DNA from: the human T2T-CHM13v2.0 reference genome, Homo sapiens
Assembly (NCBI RefSeq): GCF_009914755.1
Contig: NC_060942.1
Reading direction: 5' to 3' (one strand)
Length of the DNA stretch: 64,000 nt
A program made the position numbers and the translations under genes. Below the pieces are notes generated by a model. It was not told where the DNA came from, searched no databases, and worked only from the letters and a program-made list of their open reading frames with translations. Numbering within the stretch: the first letter of the stretch is position 1; each line of letters begins with the position of its first letter. Of this stretch, positions 56,245-64,000 are shown piece after piece.

Positions 56245-58019
56245 AAAGATATAAATACTCCAAAAAGTGTTGGGGAGTGTTGAGCATTTGTTTCTCCACT
56301 CCTGATGTTTATTTCCAAGTGAAGGGATATCAAATCCCTCCTGACGTCTCTCTGCCTGGTCTTTATTTAGCTGATAAGTTTAACAGCAGAAAGTGAGCAT
56401 GCCATCGTCTACCTCTTCCTCTTCCTTTATCTTGGAAATGAGTTGCCTGTAGGAAGCAAAGGTCCTGCCCTGATGGTGGTGCGATTTGGGAATGTGGGAA
56501 GAACTGCCGTGGTCCAGAGGTGCTATGCTGAACGGGTGGTCTCCTTGTTGTACTACTGGATTCCTTCGGGTTCCTTATGACTGTATTACTTGTTTCATTC
56601 TTCTTATCTGGGGGATGTTTTAATCAGTAACTAGAGAAGAAAGATACTACTAAGACAAGGAGGAGATTGCAAGGTTGAGAGATAAGAAGAATAAGATTGG
56701 AGAGGACAAGGATGCTACTTTTCACCCAGTCACTGGGTCCTTGGGTGTTTATTTGCTGGAGTATTGATGTGAAAGCCATGTGCAGGTGAACCATGGAAAA
56801 ACATACCTTTGTATAATTTAGGAAAGATAATTGAAGCAACTATATTTACCTGCATTTCTTGGAAGTACCAGAATTAATTTATGAAGCTATTACTACAGAC
56901 TGAAGCTTAACTTTCTTGATAGTTTGATTTAGAGGCAATGGTTTAGTGCTTCTGCATGGCAAATTAAATAAAGTCAGCCTAGCTCTGATCCATTATTTCT
57001 CAAGCTACATTATTTTCTTACCAGAGAAAATCATTTATTAAACTAATGGGAAATAATTGTCCAAGTATATTAGAAGAGACATAATTTCTCCCAGAGCTAA
57101 TACTTTGTTTAGGATTCAGTTTCAGTTGGTAAGCCTAACTTGAAGCACTAAGTAGGGGATAGGTCAAAAGAGGAAGCTATTCACTTAGAAAAAGTGGGTT
57201 TTGCAGAATAGAATCAATATGATGGTGATAATAGCATAGATAAACATAGTAATATATAACATCTTCACATCAGCTTTCTTGGAAAAGAATTATTTGGCTT
57301 CGGTAATACTTTAAGTAAGACTAATCACTCTTGTAGAGAAGGAAGTCTTTTTAACTCAACCAGTATGTAAGGAAAGTAAGCAAGAGCTGGAGAAAGACAA
57401 TCATAAGTTGACATAGTACCTAGCATATCAATACACTCTCATATTGGAATCAATATACACATAGAATATATTAAATAAAAATTGAGCAAGGTATTGAATA
57501 TACCTAGAATAAAGCCATAAGCATGGCTTTATTTCTCTGCATCTAATCCATAAGTTACTCTTTCCACTGTTTCCACACAGATACAAATTATGTCATTTGT
57601 TGTACAAAATGAAAAATTGTTCTTTATGGCTCTTACAAGAACGGTGCTAGTTTTAAAGAGCCGATAAATGTTGGTGACAAAAAAGAAATGCATGATGTAA
57701 TTCAAGGTGAGTGAAAGACTAGAGACTTCACAGACTAAATTCTGGGCACACAGAGGGGGAATCAGACCTCACGTTGATTTCCTGGTGTTTTCTTGTCAAC
57801 AGAAAGCCCAGAATCAGACAAGGCTTCCCAGTCCCAGGAGGCTCCTTGCTGCTGCTCATACATGCCCTGTGCTTGTCTGTGCAGCACTTGTAGTTTATGC
57901 TGTTCAATAGACTGAGAAGAGTTCTGGGCATTCAGTTTATTTAAATATTGGCCAGCATTTAAGACAAAGATAAAAGAATACCTCTTCCACGGAATCTTCC
58001 CTGAGCACCCCAGCAAGAA

Positions 58020-58250
58020 GGAATTGTTTCATCCTTTGATTGATTAGTTGTTTACACCGTTAGATTATTTACTGAATTTCATGTTATATTAAAGATATAT
58101 GATTGTCCATATTGGGTCTTCAGCCTGAGTTTTCCGGAGTGACAGCCATAGTTTACTTGTCTTTGTATACACTAAAAATTCTTAGTGGTGTAATGTAAGT
58201 GTCATAGTCATTCAATAGGTGTTTCTCGAATGAGATTCTAGTATGAGTGA
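58020..58250 (+). mobile_element. L2 3' end
   Basis: 'ttacttgtctttgtatac...cattcaataggtgtttctcgaatg'. Confidence 0.5.
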
Positions 58251-59016
58251 ACAGTGTCAATTATAAGAGAGCAAGAATTTGTTTTTGTGAATAAAAGAAA
58301 AAGTATTACTCAGTGTTGGCAAAGATATGGAGGACCAGATGCTCTCCTAGAATGTTGGTGATATCTAAATCATTGCATCCTTTTTGGAAGGCAATTTTGC
58401 ATTAGTCATTCAAATTTGTAGCACATAAACATTTTGATCCAGTAACATAACTTTGTATGAATAAGAAGAGTAAGACTTATTAGAGTATGTATACACATGA
58501 AAATGTTTCTTCCTATAATGTTTATAATAAAAAACACAAACTACCTAACAAACAAAAAATAAATCAATATCTATGTGGGGACATGAATAAGACTTTAACT
58601 TTCTATGTATATATCTGCACCATTTGATTTTTAATAATGAACACATAAAAATATATGAAAATAGAGAAAAAAAACTCAGTTGTTTTGTTCTCACCAAAGG
58701 AGCTGCTATTCTTTGGGAAGAATCATTCTGAAATAGAGATGCATCTGCCTTCCATCTTATTCTCCCATTTTATTTTCACATGGAAGGCAAGAATAATCTC
58801 AGTATATTGTTTGTAGCATTTCTTTTTCTAAGTACTCTACATATCCACCCAGTGTTTTTCAAGAGTTACCCCCAAGTTAAAGCTGTCAATAGCCCTTTAT
58901 TTCCCACAGGATAAAATCTGAACATATAGACTTTATGCACAAAGTCCCTCATGATTTATTCTATTCATCTTTCCTCTCTGCCTCTATTTTTTCGCTGGAG
59001 CTTCTCTCGTACATTT

Positions 59017-59082
59017 AAGGTTGGTGAAAAAGTCATTGCAGTTTTTGCCATTACTTTTAATAGAATGAGTCATTGCACCAAC
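59017..59082. mobile_element. MADE1 mariner MITE, internally deleted
   Basis: 'aggttggtgaaaaagtcattgcagtttttgccattacttttaat' plus right-end remnant 'ttgcaccaac'. Confidence 0.8.
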
Positions 59083-59261
59083 TGTTGTCTGAAACTCTCC
59101 TTCTATTTCAGGCTTTCATGATTTTGACATTTGTTCCTTTCTTTTAGAATGCGTGCCTACCTGGTAGTTTCTTCCTTTTCTTCTGTGAAGCCTCTTCTCA
59201 TGTGTCACCTTCCCTGTGATGGTCTCTCTGACTATTCAGGTGTCAGGAAATCCTCCATTCC

Positions 59262-59346
59262 TGTTGCTCTCACACCCCTATCTCCCATCTCCCTCTAATG
59301 CTATTGTTGCTCTCACACCCCATCCCCCATCTCCCTCTAATGCTAT
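59262..59346. repeat. ~43-bp tandem duplication within an L2 remnant
   Basis: tgttgctctcacaccc...catctccctctaatgctat twice. Confidence 0.9.
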
Positions 59347-59929
59347 CACATGTTTATAGGTGTGTCTTATCCACTTGATGAATAACCACTGGGGACAAAG
59401 GCTTATTCATCTTTATATTCCCAGCTGGCGATGTTTGCATGAACTTTGTAGTTGATAACATGCTATCAGTGGAAATTATGTTTTGCTTTGAAATGATTAT
59501 AAAATAGTGATCATGGGCTATTGTCTCATTAAATAACTTTTGCTTTACCATGATTTTAACCATTGTGGTGCAAAGGCAAAGACACGGTTCTCTCCCTTAG
59601 TTAGGAAGCTGATTCATCATATTTAGATATACGTCATGCCCTTTACTTTGAAGCACGTTCTTTCCTTACCCAGCGATTTTGAAATACAACATAAATCCTG
59701 TTTTAGCTCTTTTTCATGAGGACTTTTTCAGGCCATTCTCTAGACCATCACATCGTTTCTTTCATGCTCTCCTGGACACATCACCACTTGTTTTGCTCCA
59801 GGCAGTTCTTTACCAGCTCCCACCCCTTGGCTAGCCCCATGGCATACAGGACTAGATTAAAACCTTTAGAAAAGCTGAAAGAATCATTGTGTCCCTATAT
59901 GTAATATCAATTAAAAAATTACTAAGTAG

Positions 59930-60224
<295 letters not shown>

Positions 60225-60597
60225 TTACTAAGTAGTAAAGCTCAAACTTACATATATGCCAAAATGAAAACAACTTCTTCAAAATTCTCTGATCACAAAA
60301 ATTAACGGAAGAGCAACTTATTTTTCTCCTATGGCTTTGCTTTCAAAAGTCCTAACACATATCCTAGTCTCCACAGTGATAGTCTCGTATCATTGGTAGA
60401 GTATCCTGTTGCAACAGAGGGTTTTGTGGAATTTCCTTTAATATTAGACATTTAAACATTTTCATAATTCTAGAAGAGGAGAGGGTCTATTAATATTCAA
60501 TGGTTGCCATAGGTTTATATAATTTTGGTTTTGAAAGAGACCTTAATGATCATCATTTCAGCCCATGGATTACACAGCTTCACTGAGGCAAAGAACT

Positions 60598-60760
60598 TTT
60601 TTTAAAAATTAAAAAATTAATTGACACATAATTGTACATATTTGTGGGGTTTATAGTGATATTTCAACACATATAATGTGTAGTTATCAAATCAAACTAA
60701 TTAGTATATCCATCACCTCACACATTTATCATTTCTTTGTGTTGGGAACTTTCAAAATTG
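60598..60760 (-). mobile_element. L1MA 3' end fragment
   Basis: 'ttgacacataattgtacatatttgtgggg...catttatcatttctttgtgttgggaac'. Confidence 0.8.
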
Positions 60761-60890
60761 AGGTGAAATATTATACTTTAAACAAGCAATACAGAGTGTG
60801 GACCAGATGGAGCTGGAATTTAAATATTGGGTTAGTTTTGTTTCTATCACCCCACACTGTCTATGTTGTTTATTTCTGTTTTCTGGAGTG

Positions 60891-61018
60891 TAGGATTGCC
60901 AGATTTAGAAAATAAAAATGCATGCAACATTTGGGACCTACCCATGCTAAGAAATTATTTGTTGTTTTTCTGAAATTCAGATTTTACTGGGTGTCCTATA
61001 TTTTAACAGGCAGACTTA
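60891..61018. mobile_element. MER53 hAT MITE (internally deleted)
   Basis: 'taggattgccagatttagaaaataaaaat...ctgaaattcagattttactgggtgtcctatatttt'. Confidence 0.8.
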
Positions 61019-61899
61019 TCTGGGAGTAGAGAGAAAAAAATTCTAATATTTAATGAGCACTGAGCTAGTTGCTTTTACTAATATTTCCCTGAGTTCTAAC
61101 CATACCTCTGCAATTTTTAAGATTGTTTTTATATTTTAATATAAATATCGATGTGTTTTTGTGTTTTTATAAAAGTGGACAAAGAAATTAAGCTTGGAGA
61201 GGTCACACTCTCTGTACCAAGAATAGAGCAGAGAAATTAAACTCTGGAGCCAGGAATAGATGAGTTCAAATGTGATTTTCTTTTTGATACTTTGGAATTC
61301 TCTTGGGTTTCTTTTGTTGCAATATTTGTTTCATTTCCTCATCTTGAGGAGAAAAAAAATCCCCTCCTTTTTTGTGTGCCAAGTATCTTAAAGAAAATCT
61401 AGGTTTTAAGCAGGAACTACAGGAGGAAGGCAAAGCCCCTATAGTAAAACAGGGTAGAGTTTGCAAAGAAGTAGAGTGAGATGAGGAGGGTGGTCAGGCA
61501 GGAGGTGACTTAGAGGTTTCCTGGGCAGACTGTGAGGATGCTGAGTCAAATCTAGTAGTCCCTTCCTTTCTTATCTTCTCCTTTCAATGTCTAGTCTTTC
61601 CTGATTTTAGTAGATGTTCCTCAATTTCCACCAGCCTGAGCAAATACAAGTCAAGTCATACTGGTCAGAATGGTAAAAAGAAATTGTTGTCACATCTTTC
61701 CTTCAAGGTATGGGGAAAGACATTTTTTGGAGTTTAAATAGACTCTTCTCATCTTTCTTCAGGGAAGATGATCTATTTTTGTCTGCTTTTTAGGTGGTGA
61801 AGCTTCCTTCCTTTCACTCCATGCCCCATACTTACTTCTTGGAATTGCCGACTGCTCATTCAATCCTCAAGAACCTTTTCATCTCACCTCTTTCTTGTG

Positions 61900-61903
<4 letters not shown>

Positions 61904-61937
<34 letters not shown>
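61904..61937. repeat. (TG)17 microsatellite
   Basis: Direct reading. Confidence 0.97.
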
Positions 61938-61938
<1 letters not shown>

Positions 61939-62856
61939 TATGGTTACTTGATTCTGCCCTTGGTAGTTACTGAGACGAGGCTTATTAACCTCCAGATGTC
62001 TCCAGGTATTTTTCTCTCTTTTTCTCATCACATGAATTATATCAAAGAAGGAAGGACTCCCCATCAAAGAAACAATATCCTTCTAACCAAACAATCGCAG
62101 CCCTACAGAATAGATTTCCAGCTCCCACCATGATGCTACAGATTTTGGGATGCTTCCAGGATATATTTGAATCTGCCCATTGTGGTTTGTTTTTCAGAGT
62201 CAGGGCCTTCTCTAAAAGTCATTGTTTGGAACTTGGGCTGCAGCTCTTAACTCTCCCTGTCCCCAAGCCTGTGGAAGACAGTACTTTCTGGTTTTGCTCC
62301 ATTTTAAACTCAAGATTAAACTCTTAAGCACTTATCTTTGCAGAAGGACCTCCACCTCTGCCTTTTGAAATACTTACTCTCCTAGTTCTTACAGGGAAAA
62401 TTTAAATCCCCAAGCTTTCAGTCTCTAGGCTTCTTGAGGATCATCTTGTAGGGGGCACAAATTATTAGTTTTCCACTTTTTCTCCTTCAGGGATGCCATA
62501 TTCTAATTGCCGAGGCCTTGAAGTCATTACCTACAGACCCTGCAGCCTGGAAGTACAGACCTTGAAAGACAAGAGTTCTTACTCAGAAACTATTAAAGCT
62601 TAAAGTATGAGAATAGAGTGTTATGCAAATGATTTCAAGTGTGCATCTAATCAATTTTTTCTTCCACAAAGCACTTTTCAATTCTCTTGTACAAATTGAA
62701 TTTTTCAGCTAAATAATCATTCCACAGACAGGCAGTTATGGTTATTTTCTTCTTTTCTAATAAAGTTTTCCAACTCAGAAAGTATTGTACATACTGCCTG
62801 AAGGTATGTATTTCTTTCATTTTTACATTTAGAATAGGAGAACAATCACCCCCCTA

Positions 62857-64000
62857 TTTTTTTTTTCTTCAATTGATGCAACTCAGTAATTTGTATTGCA
62901 ACTGGAAGACAATACATCACAGAAACTTTATGGTAGGTCTGGGGAAAAGTGTTATTTACAATAAATGATGAAATAGTTTGTCTTTGGCAATATGATTACA
63001 TACTAAGAATGCAAAATGCAGCTATGGATGCCTTCCAAGCAACACCATCAAATCCCTAGAGTTCGGCTGATCGCGCCTGCCTCCACATTGTTTCTTTAGG
63101 TTCACACGAACATAACAGAACATCACGTTCTTTCTCCTTTATGGTTCTCCCTTTCTATTCATGACATTGGCAGTTTCATACAGAAAATACAGAAAAAAAA
63201 TTGGCTTTTGAAAAATTGTTACTCTCTTAAATTAATTTGGCCGTGTAGGTCTATTGGCCAGCCAAGGTCAGATGACCCTAAGCATCAATAGTAAACCTCT
63301 TGGTCTTCTGATTGCTTTATCACTTTTTTTTTCTGTAAAACAAAACAAAACTCAGAAATGTTACAGAATCAGAGTATTAAAAAATGTACAAGTGTATATG
63401 CTTCCCAGACACAGAAGGATATATTTTTCCTCCACATTTTCACCATGGCAGTATTAAGTAGTGAATGACACAGCATGAAACTGGTTACTGAATCAGCTAT
63501 GAGCTCAGATGGCCTCAATATACATACTCAAGAAATGTTGCATGTTTAAATAACTGAGAGTGTGCTAAATCTCATCTAAAAAAAGTAGGAGAGGGGCTGG
63601 GGAACTCAGGCCACAGTCATGAAAGGATGAATACAATTTCTAGGTTGAATAGATTCACCATATTAAAGTCTTTGAGAATCCAATATGGAATATATCAATT
63701 ATTTTGCAAAAGGTAGAGAAAGCAGTTCTCAACTTTTGCAAATGAAATACAGTGGAAAAACACTGTTGTATATATTCCAAAGAAATAGTCTTGATTTCAA
63801 TTCTAACAAAACAACAGGAAAGGTACTCGTGAGCATCTCACGGTTAAGTCAGAAATGATCGTTCACACAGGTCTGATTTCAGAAGTACAACAGCAAGATG
63901 CCGCACCATAGACACATCGGTTTAGGCTGTTAAAAGATGGATCATTTTAAAAACTGTGTTTTCCTTCCTTAATTTTTGGTCATTGAAGCTAGCACTTGTT
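62857..64000 (-). pseudogene. Probable processed pseudogene 3' UTR (parent not identified; continues past the window)
   Basis: T10 run (minus-strand poly-A) about 25 nt downstream of a minus-strand AATACA (62892-62897), then more than 1.1 kb of repeat-free UTR-like sequence with retained CpGs. Confidence 0.65.

Noticed and set aside
57700-57715. Consensus splice donor AAG/GTGAGT
   Set aside because: Isolated motif with no supported exon or reading frame.
59017-59082. MADE1 as a miR-548-type hairpin
   Set aside because: Most of the right arm is deleted, so no long hairpin can form.

Overview
AT-rich primate (probably human/great-ape, from a young L1PA2/3-type insertion) intergenic or intronic DNA. 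I see no intact protein-coding gene. Roughly half the window is interspersed repeat: Alus, L1s (including a full-length ~6.8 kb old L1M and a twin-primed L1PB4-like copy), L2, L3/CR1, MIR, solo LTRs (THE1, MST, MLT1, MLT2, MER41A, LTR33, LTR47A) and DNA transposons (MER30, MER5A, MER47A, MER53, MADE1, Tigger3). Nearly all ORFs in the track are repeat-derived or chance. Points of interest: (1) a decayed di-ubiquitin (UBD/FAT10-like) reading frame at about 25.85-26.34 kb; (2) several short locally templated insertions, the best being a patchwork at 1038-1168 built from three nearby donors; (3) an 86-nt hairpin of pre-miRNA size at 43.25 kb; (4) a 34-nt tailless U2 snRNA retrocopy with a target-site duplication; (5) a probable processed-pseudogene 3' UTR running off the right edge. 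Repeat subfamily names come from recalled consensus sequences, and boundaries of old repeats are approximate. I cannot support a new biological system here; the di-ubiquitin relic is the best lead.
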